Assembly: GCA_028688325.1 (NCBI GenBank) | Contig: JAQTYI010000001.1 | Span: forward strand, 302,620-366,619 | Origin: Candidatus Portnoybacteria bacterium | Lineage (GTDB): Bacteria > Patescibacteriota > Minisyncoccia > Portnoybacterales > GWB1-42-6 | Reading direction: 5' to 3' | DNA length: 64,000 nucleotides | In this document: in pieces, positions 1 to 9,264 of the stretch | Position numbering within the stretch: position 1 is the first letter of the stretch | How the letters are laid out: each line of letters starts with the position of its first letter | Position numbers and translations under genes: made by a program | Notes under the pieces: model-generated | Seen by the model: only the letters and a program-made list of their open reading frames with translations | Database searches by the model: none | What the model was told of the DNA's origin: nothing

Positions 1-768
1 CAAGCTTTCCAAAATCTTATACGGCAGCCGATACGCGCCGACATCCGCGGCGGGCTTTAAGATGGATAAAAATAATGAGTCGGAAGAAAAATAAATCATC
101 ACCAAAACACTGGCGACGGCCAAGGGATAGCTTTGTTTTAAAATGTTTTTCCAAAGCGGCCAGTTAAAAGACAATTTCAACGGACAATACTTGTTAGCCC
201 ACCAAAAAATTAAAATAAAATTGACCAGGCCGCTGATGCTTAGGGCCGCCACAATGGCTAAAAAGCCGCACCCCGTATATATGAACCAAGCGACCAGCCC
301 CAATTGAACTAAGCGCCCAAGAACTTCCGCCGCCGCCACTTTATACATTTGCAGATATTTTTGGAATAAACCCATCAACACCTGAGTGTTGGCTAAAAAC
401 CAGAAGCCGGCCATACCTATTAAGATGCCCCAGCGCGCCTCATTGGAATATGGAAAAAACAGCGCCGCCAAAGGGGCCAGCGCGAAAATAAAAAGACCAC
501 TAAGTAGTCGTATGGTAAAAATATTGCTGGTGATGGTTTTTTCGTCGGCTCCCTGCTTTGATATCTCGCGCACCATCAGTTGATAAAGCCCCATATCCGC
601 CAACACCGCGAATATTCCGCCGAAAGTTAGCACGATTGAGTAGTCGCCCCAGGCGCTTTTGCTAAAATAACGAGTGATAAGGCCGATGGTGAATAGCGCC
701 AGCAAGGTGCCTGCAATTCTGGCCAATGCGGAAATTATTGTATTGGCGGCAATTTTTTTTACTAACAT
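1..768 (-). CDS. MOP-superfamily polysaccharide/lipid-II flippase-like membrane protein (Wzx/MurJ-like); 5' part only, runs off the window
   Basis: Minus-strand reading frame open from the ATG at 768 to the window edge. Translation is multi-transmembrane and flippase-like (MLVKKIAANTIISALARIAGTLLALF...). Absent from the ORF track because no stop falls inside the window. Confidence 0.55.
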   Translation of the reverse strand, partial: MLVKKIAANTIISALARIAGTLLALFTIGLITRYFSKSAWGDYSIVLTFGGIFAVLADMGLYQLMVREISKQGADEKTITSNIFTIRLLSGLFIFALAPLAALFFPYSNEARWGILIGMAGFWFLANTQVLMGLFQKYLQMYKVAAAEVLGRLVQLGLVAWFIYTGCGFLAIVAALSISGLVNFILIFWWANKYCPLKLSFNWPLWKNILKQSYPLAVASVLVMIYFSSDSLFLSILKPAADVGAYRLPYKILESL

Positions 769-784
769 AAAGCCGCTGTTTTTG

Positions 785-1240
785 TTATTTGGGAATTATT
801 TTAATGCGCCGCTCTTCACCAACCCCCTCCGACTCTGTTTTAACTCCCGGAATATCCATCAGGGTTGTATGAATTATCCGCCTCTCATATGCATTCATGG
901 GCGGTAAATAACAGAAAGCTCCATGCTCGGCCACTTGGCGCGCTAAATTTTTTGCTGAATCCTTCAGTGTATCCAAGCGTTCCTGTTGATAATTATTCAC
1001 ATCCACCGTTAGGCGAACGCCCTCAATAATCTTCTTGCCGGCTAAAAGCCGGGCTAATTGCTGCAGAGCCCTAAGATTATCACCATTGCGGCCGATTAAA
1101 TATCCGGCTTCTTGGCTTTCTATATTAGCCAAAATGCCGCCACCGAGCTCTTCCGACAGCGACACGCGGCCGTCGACACCCACAACGCCGATCAGTCCCT
1201 CGATGACTTCTTTAATTGCCGTCAGTTTTTCTTGTTCCAT
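785..1240 (-). CDS. jag: Jag/KhpB R3H-domain RNA-binding protein (SpoIIIJ-associated)
   Basis: KH/R3H-like translation (GYLIGRNGDNLRALQQLARL...ERRIIHTTL). Sits downstream of yidC in the conserved rpmH-rnpA-yidD-yidC-jag origin cluster. Confidence 0.8.
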   Translation of the reverse strand: MEQEKLTAIKEVIEGLIGVVGVDGRVSLSEELGGGILANIESQEAGYLIGRNGDNLRALQQLARLLAGKKIIEGVRLTVDVNNYQQERLDTLKDSAKNLARQVAEHGAFCYLPPMNAYERRIIHTTLMDIPGVKTESEGVGEERRIKIIPK

Positions 1241-1370
1241 GCCAGGAAGTAGAAATTCAACTATATTTAATTTATCAAGATAAGTTAAATATAGTTAATT
1301 CACTTGTTTTTATAATTTTTGCCAGACAGTTCAAATAAAAATAAACTGTTGAATTTTCACTTCCTGGCGT
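1238..1370. mobile_element. MITE copy a. Terminal inverted repeats CATGCCAGGAAGTAGAAATTC / GAATTTTCACTTCCTGGCG flank about 90 bp of AT-rich core
   Basis: 22-bp terminal inverted repeats read directly. The jag ATG abuts the left repeat. The right repeat encodes the last codons ARK and the TGA stop of yidC. Confidence 0.8.
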
Positions 1371-2073
1371 GTTTTTTAATTACAAAATATTGTTGTATCA
1401 CTCCGGCCAAGGTCGTCACCACCCAATAAAGAGTGAGCCCGGCCGGCAAGCGCCAGGCGATAAAAACGGTGAAAAGCGGCATAAAATAAAGCATTTGCTT
1501 GTTAAGGGCGGCGCTGAAATCCGAGCCCTGGCCGGCCGCTGGCGGCTGGAAGCGGACCATCATTTTTGATTGCCAGAAAGTGAAAGCGCCGGCTAAAATA
1601 GCCAGCGCCACATTGGCATTAGCCAAACTTATCAACCCCAAAAACATCGGGTCCACCTGGCCTGGACTTGCGACAAAAGAATAAAGGGCATTTAAACTTT
1701 CGGGTTTTAATCCATTCAAAAAAACTTGATACAGCGCGATAAGAATGGGCAACTGTATCAAAAGCGGCAAACAACCGGAGGCCGGGTTGATGTTGTTTTT
1801 TTTATACAACTCCATCAGGGCTTGGGATTGCTTCACTTTGTCGGTTGAATATTTATTCTGGAGTTCTTTTATTTGGGGGGCGAGCGCCCCCAGGGATTTT
1901 TGTGAAGTAATGGCTTTTTGGTTCAATGGATACAGTATCAAGCGGATGATGACGGTAAGTAAAATTATTGCCACACCAAAATCGTGCGGCGGTATCGCGT
2001 TATATAAAAAAATAAGTCCGTTGAACAACGGCCGGTAAAGCACCTCATTAAACGCTATAGTGATGATATTCAT
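1357..2073 (-). CDS. yidC: Membrane protein insertase YidC (short Oxa1-type). The start was moved to the internal ATG so yidD is not overlapped
   Basis: Translation MNIITIAFNEVLYRPLF...AWRLPAGLTLYWVVTT... with a conserved YidC C-terminal region. Operon context. Confidence 0.85.
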   Translation of the reverse strand: MNIITIAFNEVLYRPLFNGLIFLYNAIPPHDFGVAIILLTVIIRLILYPLNQKAITSQKSLGALAPQIKELQNKYSTDKVKQSQALMELYKKNNINPASGCLPLLIQLPILIALYQVFLNGLKPESLNALYSFVASPGQVDPMFLGLISLANANVALAILAGAFTFWQSKMMVRFQPPAAGQGSDFSAALNKQMLYFMPLFTVFIAWRLPAGLTLYWVVTTLAGVIQQYFVIKKHARK

Positions 2074-2078
2074 AGGTG

Positions 2079-2309
2079 TTAAAGTAGGGGATCGTAGCCG
2101 CCGGGATTGAACGGGTGGCAATGCTTGATTCTAAACAACCCCTTAAGAATGCCCTTTATAACGCCATACTTCCCGACCGCCTGTTTAGTATATTCGGAGC
2201 ATGAGGGATAAAAACGGCAAGTCGGCGTAGATTTTCTGAAAATTCCTTTGTCGGGAGAAAGGGTCCGCTGATATGCTTCTATTAAAGATATGATTGTTTT
2301 TTTAAACAT
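2079..2309 (-). CDS. yidD: Membrane protein insertion efficiency factor YidD
   Basis: 76 aa with [11 protein letters not shown]...[11 protein letters not shown], a YidD signature. Lies between rnpA and yidC. Confidence 0.85.
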   Translation of the reverse strand: MFKKTIISLIEAYQRTLSPDKGIFRKSTPTCRFYPSCSEYTKQAVGKYGVIKGILKGLFRIKHCHPFNPGGYDPLL

Positions 2310-2643
2310 AAAGATTGCCGCTTCTTAATAATCCCGTCAAAGATTCTTTCAGCCGGCCGTATTCAACCCCCAAGCTCTTCGTTTTAGCCACTAACACCAC
2401 ATCAAAACCCGGTTTGATGTTTTTTTGGTTGAGCCGGAGTATCTCGCTCATTTGCCGGCGCAAACGGTTCCTATCAACCGCTCTTTTGGCCACCTTAGCG
2501 CTCACCACTATGCCGAAACGCGAATACTTAAAAGAGTTGGGAATATATCTTAAAACTAAAAAACCGTCCTGCTTGTTTTTGCCACACCCGAACACACCAT
2601 CAAAATCCTTCTGCTTATTCAAACGATTAACTCGCGACAACAT
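2302..2643 (-). CDS. rnpA: RNase P protein component
   Basis: 113-aa basic protein (…[21 protein letters not shown]…) immediately downstream of rpmH. Confidence 0.85.
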   Translation of the reverse strand: MLSRVNRLNKQKDFDGVFGCGKNKQDGFLVLRYIPNSFKYSRFGIVVSAKVAKRAVDRNRLRRQMSEILRLNQKNIKPGFDVVLVAKTKSLGVEYGRLKESLTGLLRSGNLYV

Positions 2644-2648
2644 AAAAA

Positions 2649-2783
2649 TTAGACGGTCAGTTTTTTTCTTTGTTTGCGGCGCCTCTTAGTTAAAACCCGG
2701 CGGCCATAAGAAGTCCTTTGGCGAACCAAAAAACCATGCGTCCTTTTTCTTTTTCTTTTTTTGGGCTGATAAGTAACACTCAT
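2649..2783 (-). CDS. rpmH: 50S ribosomal protein L34. Shorter than 60 aa, so missing from the ORF track
   Basis: Translated by hand: [44 protein letters not shown], a canonical L34. Canonical position upstream of rnpA. Confidence 0.9.
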   Translation of the reverse strand: MSVTYQPKKRKRKRTHGFLVRQRTSYGRRVLTKRRRKQRKKLTV

Positions 2784-2983
2784 AGAGAATTCTTTAGTGG
2801 TTAATTGTTTTTCAGTATACTATTTAAAAGCAGGGAAGTCAATTTAATTTTTCTTTGTTTTTATTATCCACAACCAATCCACAATTTATCAACAAAAACG
2901 CTCTTTTTTGTATTTTTTTAAATTTAGGGGTATGCTATAATCGTTAACAGAGGGAGGGAAAAAGCCGTTTTTAGCTATTTATT
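2784..2983. promoter_or_regulatory. rpmH-dnaA intergenic region holding DnaA boxes and a dnaA promoter (extended -10 TGCTATAAT at 2933-2941). Candidate oriC or dnaA control region
   Basis: Perfect DnaA box TTATCCACA at 2864-2872. Variants AATCCACAA at about 2877 and TTATCAACA at about 2886. AT-rich stretch upstream of the dnaA ATG. Confidence 0.6.
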
Positions 2984-4360
2984 ATGACTAATGAGCAACT
3001 TTGGCAAACCGCCCTCGGCGAAATTGAGCTTAATATTTCACGGGCCAATTTTATAACTTGGTTCCGCGATACTTTTATCTTTAAAAACAAAGAGGGCGTC
3101 GCCACGATCGGCGTCCCCAACGGCTTCAGTAAAGAATGGCTGGAAAATAAATATAACAAGCTTATTTTGCGGGCGATAAGAAATGTCTCCAGTGATATAA
3201 AAGAACTGAGGTTTATAATTGTCGCCGCATCCTCATCTGTTTCTTCGCCAACTGAACGAATAATAAAAACACCCGGGATAAAAGGAACCCCTGTCGGACA
3301 GGCGCAATCCTTCCAAGAATTAGAGATTGACAAGGACACAAATCTCAACCCCAAATATACTTTTAGTAATTTCATCGTCGGCTCATTCAATGAGCTGGCC
3401 CAGGCCGCGGCTAAGGCCGTGGTTAACAATCCCGGCGAGGCCTATAACCCTCTTTTCATCTATGGCGGCACGGGGCTGGGCAAGACACACCTATTGCAAG
3501 CGATAGGTAACGAAGTCATTGAAAAATACAAAAAGAAAAAAAGGGTCAAATATATCAGCTCGGAAAAATTCACCTCAGAGCTCGTCAGCTCCCTGCATAA
3601 CGGCAAAATCGAGGAATTCAAAGAAAACTACCGCCAAGTCGATATCCTGATTATCGACGACATCCAGTTCTTGTCCGGTAAAGAAAAAACCCAAGAAGAA
3701 TTTTTTCATACTTTCAATTTTTTATACCAAAAAAACAAACAAGTCATCTTAAGCTCCGACCGCTCACCCAAGGCCATCGCCACACTGGAGGAACGCCTGC
3801 GTTCGCGTTTTGAGGGTGGGATGATAACCGACATCTCCCAACCCGACATGGAAACCCGTTTGGCGATCCTGAAGTGCAAGACCATTGAGAAAAAAATAGT
3901 GATTCCCGACGAAATACTCGCTTATATCGCCGCCCATGTCCAAAAGAACATCCGAGAGCTTGAAGGCGCGCTAAATCGCATCATCGCCGCCAACCACACC
4001 ATCACCAGCAATCCCGACATGGCTGTGGTGGCAAAAATACTAAACGACATCATCAACGCGCCAAAAAAATTAACCAACCATAAAAACATAATCCAAGCTG
4101 TAGCGGAATTTTATGATATCAGCGCCGCCGACCTCATCCATCGCTGCCGCCGGAAAGAAGTGGTGGGCCCCCGTCAAGTGGCAATGTATTTGATGAGGGA
4201 AGAGCTGAAAAAATCATTTCCTTTTATTGGGGAAAAATTAGGCGGGCGCGATCACACCACGGTGATGTATGCCTGCGATAAATTAACCAAAGAAGTTGAG
4301 AAAAATGAAATGCTGCAGCAGGAATTAAACCTGATAAAGGAAAAAATTTACAGTAAATAG
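2984..4360 (+). CDS. dnaA: Chromosomal replication initiator DnaA
   Basis: Walker A GTGLGKTHLLQAIGN. Sensor and arginine-finger region IIDDIQFL. C-terminal DnaA-box-binding helix-turn-helix. Confidence 0.95.
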   Translation: MTNEQLWQTALGEIELNISRANFITWFRDTFIFKNKEGVATIGVPNGFSKEWLENKYNKLILRAIRNVSSDIKELRFIIVAASSSVSSPTERIIKTPGIKGTPVGQAQSFQELEIDKDTNLNPKYTFSNFIVGSFNELAQAAAKAVVNNPGEAYNPLFIYGGTGLGKTHLLQAIGNEVIEKYKKKKRVKYISSEKFTSELVSSLHNGKIEEFKENYRQVDILIIDDIQFLSGKEKTQEEFFHTFNFLYQKNKQVILSSDRSPKAIATLEERLRSRFEGGMITDISQPDMETRLAILKCKTIEKKIVIPDEILAYIAAHVQKNIRELEGALNRIIAANHTITSNPDMAVVAKILNDIINAPKKLTNHKNIIQAVAEFYDISAADLIHRCRRKEVVGPRQVAMYLMREELKKSFPFIGEKLGGRDHTTVMYACDKLTKEVEKNEMLQQELNLIKEKIYSK

Positions 4361-4600
4361 TTAATAAGATGTTTATAAGTATGTTGATATATGTGTTGGT
4401 ATATTAATGAATAATTAATTAACAAAAACCTGATATCTTTTTTTAAAAAAAGAAGTTAATAATTATTAAATAAATAACAAGTGCTTATAAACATTCAAGG
4501 TTTATTGATTCCTTATAACCGTATTGATAAAAAAAGTTTTTCCACAAAATAATCAACACCTAATAATAACAATTTTTTTATTAATTAAGTATTTAAGAGT
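4361..4600. promoter_or_regulatory. Very AT-rich dnaA-dnaN spacer. Candidate DNA unwinding element or second oriC module
   Basis: 240 bp at more than 80% A+T with degenerate DnaA-box-like TTTTCCACA (about 4536-4544). Classic oriC placement between dnaA and dnaN. Confidence 0.45.
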
Positions 4601-5701
4601 ATGAAAGTGATTTGTTTGCAGGAAAATTTAAAATTCATTTTGAATATCACCCAAAACATCATCGGGAGGAATTTGACATTGCCAATATTGAATAATGTTT
4701 TACTCCAAACGGAAAACGGGCGGCTAAAGATTTCTTCCACCAACCTGGAAGTCGGCATTAATACCTGGGTTTCAGGAAAAGTTGAAAAAAACGGGGTAAT
4801 AACTTGTCCGGCGAAAGTTCTAGCCAACTTTGTGAATAATCTGCCCAATAAAAAAGTGGAGTTGGAAGTAAAAAATAACACCTTAACCATAAAATGCGAG
4901 AATTATAAGGCCAATCTAAATGGTTTGCCGGCCGATGATTTTCCTATTATTCCCAAAATAGAGGAGGATCCACTAGTTGAATTGAAGAGTGGTGTTTTAC
5001 GAGATGCCTTGCTTAAGGTGGTGGGTGCAGCTTCTTTATCTGAGTCCCGGCCGGAGATAACCGGCATCTTGTTTAAATTCGATAAAAGGGAATTGAAATT
5101 GGCCGCCACAGATAGTTTTCGTTTGGCGGAAAAGATAATTTTTGAAACAAACAAGAAATCAGAGGATGTTAAATCACTAATTATTCCCCAAAAGACCGTT
5201 CAAGAAATAATCAGGGCGTTGGGCGAAAAAGAAACAGATGTGAGGATTTGTCTTAGCGCGAGCCAGATCTTATTTGATGGTGGAGATATACAAGTGATTT
5301 CTAGGTTGATAGACGGCCAATATCCGGACTATCAACAGATAATCCCTAAAAACTTTTCCACTCAAGCGACGATAGATAGGTCTGAATTATTAAGTATTAT
5401 AAAAGTGGCGGCGGTTTTTAGTAATAAAACAAACAGTATTAATTTTTCATTAAACAACAACGAACTCGAGGTTTTATCGCAAGACCCAGAATTGGGAGAA
5501 AATAAATCAAAAATCGCCGCCAAGATCCAAGGTAAAAAAATTGAAGCCAATTTTAATTACCGGTATTTATTGGACGGATTAGCTAATATTGGAACAAAAC
5601 AAGTTTTTTTAGGGCTGAATTCCGATTCTAGCCCAGCCATAATTAAGCCAATAGGTGATGAATCGTATGTTTATTTAATAATGCCGATAAAGGCGAATTA
5701 A
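4601..5701 (+). CDS. dnaN: DNA polymerase III beta sliding clamp
   Basis: 366 aa with typical clamp N-terminus MKVICLQENLKFILNITQNIIGRN. Directly downstream of dnaA. Confidence 0.95.
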   Translation: MKVICLQENLKFILNITQNIIGRNLTLPILNNVLLQTENGRLKISSTNLEVGINTWVSGKVEKNGVITCPAKVLANFVNNLPNKKVELEVKNNTLTIKCENYKANLNGLPADDFPIIPKIEEDPLVELKSGVLRDALLKVVGAASLSESRPEITGILFKFDKRELKLAATDSFRLAEKIIFETNKKSEDVKSLIIPQKTVQEIIRALGEKETDVRICLSASQILFDGGDIQVISRLIDGQYPDYQQIIPKNFSTQATIDRSELLSIIKVAAVFSNKTNSINFSLNNNELEVLSQDPELGENKSKIAAKIQGKKIEANFNYRYLLDGLANIGTKQVFLGLNSDSSPAIIKPIGDESYVYLIMPIKAN

Positions 5702-5705
5702 AAAA

Positions 5706-6002
5706 ATGTCTTGGACCTCTATTGCTTGGGTAATGCCCAAAAAAATTAAAACCTTGGGATTGGAGAAATTTTTTCAACTCAATGGCCTAAAAAATGAATG
5801 GGATGGTGTTTTGGAAAAAATCGCCGGCGGGGGGTTTAAAAATAAATCCAAACCAATCAATTTAAAAAACAATGTTTTAATGGTTGACTGTTTGAATTCC
5901 GTCTGGGCCAATGAATTAAAAATGCGCGAAGGCCGGATACTGGAAGAGATAAAAAAAAGGAATCTGCGGATAGGGGTGGAAAAAATAAGTTTTATTTCTT
6001 AA
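5706..6002 (+). CDS. DUF721/DciA-like protein (candidate ancestral replicative-helicase operator)
   Basis: 98 aa with the DUF721 hallmark VLMVDCLNSVWANELKMREGRILEEI...ISFI. Immediately after dnaN, as DciA commonly is. Confidence 0.55.
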   Translation: MSWTSIAWVMPKKIKTLGLEKFFQLNGLKNEWDGVLEKIAGGGFKNKSKPINLKNNVLMVDCLNSVWANELKMREGRILEEIKKRNLRIGVEKISFIS

Positions 6003-6042
6003 AAAACCGTCTTTTTCGGGAAACGATAAGCGTGCTACGAAT

Positions 6043-6075
6043 AAGGGGCGCTCCGCAAAATGCGGAGCGCCCCTT
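6043..6075. terminator. Bidirectional intrinsic terminator hairpin between convergent genes
   Basis: Perfect inverted repeat AAGGGGCGCTCCGC-AAAA-TGCGGAGCGCCCCTT flanked by A and T runs. Confidence 0.75.
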
Positions 6076-6101
6076 ATAATTAGTTTTGGTTAAAATAAAA
6101 A

Positions 6102-8666
6102 TTATCGGTTTATATATACAATTGCTTTTGCCTCTTGTCGGTTAAAGGCCTGGTCATATACCCGCGCGGAGATGGTTGCTTGACCGTTGGGGATATTATC
6201 TTGAATCAAGGCGTTTATTTGGTAGGGGGCGGACATTGTTGATCCAATGAAGTTATCATTTAGAAAAAAATCCACCTGCCTGGCGCCCAGGGGCGCGGCT
6301 ACATCCGCCTGGATGAATATTTTCGATTGGGTGATGGTTTGGTAATTTACAGGAGCTATCATGTTGATCTTTGGCAGATTGACGGGCGAGCGAGAATTAT
6401 TCTGAGATGGAATGGTTTGACTCGCAATATTAAGCCCGTGCGAAACAAGCCATCTTTGCGCCGCGGCCTCCCAATTCTTGTATTGCTCATCATTGGCGGG
6501 GCTGGTCGGCGCATCGCCTTGCGGATTATCTTTTTGCACATAATAAAGGACGGAGTGGGCGCCAGTGATGGTTTTTTCTTCTACTATATCGGGCGGGGTT
6601 TGGTCCGTGGCGAGAGCCCCTGAAATTTTATCTATCTTAATGGTTTGAGCTGACAAATAAGAGCCATTAAGCATTGATTTATTAGTTTGGATCGGGTCGG
6701 GTTTGATGAATTGTTCGATATTTTTGGGCAGGCAAAAAGCATTAGCCGTTGAATTATCGCAGTTGGTTTTAAGCTTATAGGCCTTTTTTATAAAGTCGTG
6801 CCACAGCGGCCCGGCCGCGGCCAGCCCCGCCCCAGCGCGGGACATTGGGTCGTTGTTATTATTGCCAACCCAAACCCCAACCACCAATGACGGGGTGTAG
6901 CCGAGCGTCCAAGCATCGCGGTATTTTTGAGTGGTGCCGGTTTTGGCGGCTACCGGCCTGTCGGGAAAATATAAAGCGGAATTGGCGCCAAAGACCGGGG
7001 TGCGGGCATTGTTGTCGGATAATACATCCGAGATCAAGCGCGTGGTCTGCGGCTCAAGCACTTTTTCCGGTTGGGGTTTGTATTCCTCTAAAATATTGCC
7101 ATCTTTGTCTTCTATGTTCAGGATCGCCGTTTTTTCATTCTTGGTTCCATCGGCGGCAAAAACACCGTAAGCCGCCACTTCGTCCAATAGCTTCACTTCG
7201 CCGCCGCCCAGCACCAGCGACAAGCCATAATAATTGTCGTTTAAGGAAGTGATTCCCATAGCTTTGGCGGTTTTTATAGTATCTTCAATTCCAGCCAGAT
7301 ACAGTATTTCCACGGAAGGTATATTGAGTGATTGCGCCAAAGCTTCACGCGCGGTCAATGGCCCGCGGAATTTATCGTCGTAGTTTCCGGGGTGGTAGCA
7401 ATCCAGACCATATTGATCCTTCTCCTGGCTCGCGTCAGCGGGGCAATTGGGGTTGAACTCGGTTGGGACATCAAAAAGCACGGTATCGGCCGTGTAGCCC
7501 TTTTTAAAGGCCGTGGCATAGGCGAAAGGTTTAAAAGATGAACCGGGTTGGCGGTCGCGGATGGTCACATTAACATTGCCGTCATGGGCCGTATCAAAAT
7601 AATCATAAGAGCCGACCATAGTCAAAATTTGGCCGGTTTTGGGATCTATGGCTGTTAGGGCGGCGTTTCGCGCACCATATTTTTTCCAGTTGCTTTTGGC
7701 GCCGTCGCTTATTATCTGCTCGGCTGCTTGCTGCAGGTCCCAGTCCAGAGTGGTGTAAACCTTCAGGCCTTGTTTTTCAACGGCGTCCTGGCCATATTTA
7801 TTTTCTATGTATTCTTTGATATACATTACAAAATGCGGCGCCTTGATGCCGTGGGGGGCGGTGGAAAAATTCAGTGGTTCTTTTTTAGCGGCGGCGGCCT
7901 CTTCTTGGGCGATGTATCCGGTTTTAACCATGCGGTCCAGGACATATTCCTGGCGCGCTTTCAATTCTTCTGGATGAGAGCCGTAGGGCGAGAGGCGAGA
8001 GGGGGATTGAGGCAGCGCGGCCAGGAGGGCGCTTTCGACCAACGATAGGTCTTTGGCCGATTTATTGAAAAATGTCTGGCTGGCTGCTTCGATGCCGTAG
8101 GCGTTTGAGCCGTAAGGAACCTGGTTAAGATAGAGCGCCAATATCTCATCTTTGCCATAGCGCCTTTCAAGTTCCAGCGCCAGCACCGCCTCTTTTATCT
8201 TGCGCGTCAGAGAATATTCGTTGGTCAGGATGGAATTTTTTATGAATTGCTGGGTAATGGTTGAGCCACCGCCCGCGCTCCGATTTCTGGTAATGACTCC
8301 CAATGCCGCTCTGGCGATGCCTTTGAAGTCCAGTCCGAAGTGATTGTAAAAATTAGCGTCTTCGGTCGCGATCGTGGCTTTTTTCAGGTAATCGGATATT
8401 TGGTCGATGTTCACTATGGTTCGCTTTTCTTCGCCATGGATGTCATAAAGCAACACCTTGCCGGTGCGATCGTAAATTTTAGTGGATTGCGTGATTTGCC
8501 GTTCGTTTATATTATCGGGATTTGGCAGGTCTTTGGCGAAATAAAGAAAAGCCGCCAAACCAAAAACAACCCCGCAGATAAAAAGCCAAAGAACGAGCTT
8601 TAACAGGGGGCGCAAAAAACCCCAAGAACTTTTCTTATGAAAACGATAAAAAATACTTTTGCCCAT
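6102..8666 (-). CDS. Bifunctional class A penicillin-binding protein (PBP1A-type glycosyltransferase/transpeptidase)
   Basis: GT51 motifs (TITQQFIKN, RKIKEAVLALELE, LNQVPYG). Transpeptidase SSFKP (SxxK) and KTGTT. N-terminal transmembrane anchor. 854 aa. Confidence 0.9.
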   Translation of the reverse strand: MGKSIFYRFHKKSSWGFLRPLLKLVLWLFICGVVFGLAAFLYFAKDLPNPDNINERQITQSTKIYDRTGKVLLYDIHGEEKRTIVNIDQISDYLKKATIATEDANFYNHFGLDFKGIARAALGVITRNRSAGGGSTITQQFIKNSILTNEYSLTRKIKEAVLALELERRYGKDEILALYLNQVPYGSNAYGIEAASQTFFNKSAKDLSLVESALLAALPQSPSRLSPYGSHPEELKARQEYVLDRMVKTGYIAQEEAAAAKKEPLNFSTAPHGIKAPHFVMYIKEYIENKYGQDAVEKQGLKVYTTLDWDLQQAAEQIISDGAKSNWKKYGARNAALTAIDPKTGQILTMVGSYDYFDTAHDGNVNVTIRDRQPGSSFKPFAYATAFKKGYTADTVLFDVPTEFNPNCPADASQEKDQYGLDCYHPGNYDDKFRGPLTAREALAQSLNIPSVEILYLAGIEDTIKTAKAMGITSLNDNYYGLSLVLGGGEVKLLDEVAAYGVFAADGTKNEKTAILNIEDKDGNILEEYKPQPEKVLEPQTTRLISDVLSDNNARTPVFGANSALYFPDRPVAAKTGTTQKYRDAWTLGYTPSLVVGVWVGNNNNDPMSRAGAGLAAAGPLWHDFIKKAYKLKTNCDNSTANAFCLPKNIEQFIKPDPIQTNKSMLNGSYLSAQTIKIDKISGALATDQTPPDIVEEKTITGAHSVLYYVQKDNPQGDAPTSPANDEQYKNWEAAAQRWLVSHGLNIASQTIPSQNNSRSPVNLPKINMIAPVNYQTITQSKIFIQADVAAPLGARQVDFFLNDNFIGSTMSAPYQINALIQDNIPNGQATISARVYDQAFNRQEAKAIVYINR

Positions 8667-8735
8667 TGCCGCTATTATGGCAAAAAACAGCCAGTTTTAC
8701 AAGATTTTGCGGCCAAATCTGTCTTTTCGCCAAAA

Positions 8736-8770
8736 CAAAAATCCCCGATGGCGGGGATTTTTGTTTTTTA
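8736..8770. terminator. Hairpin plus T-run terminator
   Basis: AAAAATCCCCGATGGCGGGGATTTTTGTTTTTT. Confidence 0.6.
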
Positions 8771-8779
8771 TTAAAATCA

Positions 8780-8953
8780 TCATTCTATTTCCTCGCCCTC
8801 TTCGATGCCGTCATCTATCAGGTCATCGTCATCCACATCCAGATCGCTTTCCGTTTCGGTCTCTTCCGCCGAGTCGTCCATTGGGTCATCGGATGGATCG
8901 CTCTTTTTGGGATTCATATCATCTTCTTCGGGGTAAAAAAATTGATTCGTCAT
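8780..8953 (-). CDS. Putative small, highly acidic protein (57 aa)
   Basis: Hand translation MTNQFFYPEEDDMNPKKSDPSDDPMDDSAEETETESDLDVDDDDLIDDGIEEGEEIE*. Below the ORF-track size cutoff. No recognisable family. Confidence 0.3.
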   Translation of the reverse strand: MTNQFFYPEEDDMNPKKSDPSDDPMDDSAEETETESDLDVDDDDLIDDGIEEGEEIE

Positions 8954-9264
8954 TTTTAAAATATTTAAAAATTATTTAAATATACATTCGACCTTTCCTT
9001 CATTGTCTTATTAAAAAAGATTAAAATCCTTCGCGGAGTTTACCCCGATGAACATCGGGGCTCAGGATGACAGAAATGCAAATAATATTTTTTCCGTGCC
9101 GTTATTTTATTTTATAAAGAAAGGGGTGTCAACCCCGTTAGAAGTTTTTTATCCACAGTTCCGAGTATTTAAGTTGAGCCGTAGGCGAAATCGCCCGCCT
9201 GGTTGGTTGATAATAAAATACGGCCGGACTTCTATACGGGGTCAAGCGCCGCGGTTGGGGATAT

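Noticed and set aside
6327-8170. Several 60-135 aa ORFs (6327..6623, 6845..7252, 7728..8048 and others) on both strands inside the PBP1A gene
   Set aside because: They lie entirely within, or antisense to, a long well-supported 854-aa CDS. They are GC-rich frame shadows with no start context or recognisable family.
9080-9264. Possible RNase P RNA or other ncRNA downstream of ruvC (GAAGTCCGGCCG resembles the P4 GGAAAGUCCGG motif)
   Set aside because: Only a partial 9-nt match. The region is too short (about 180 nt) and lacks the other universally conserved RNase P helices.
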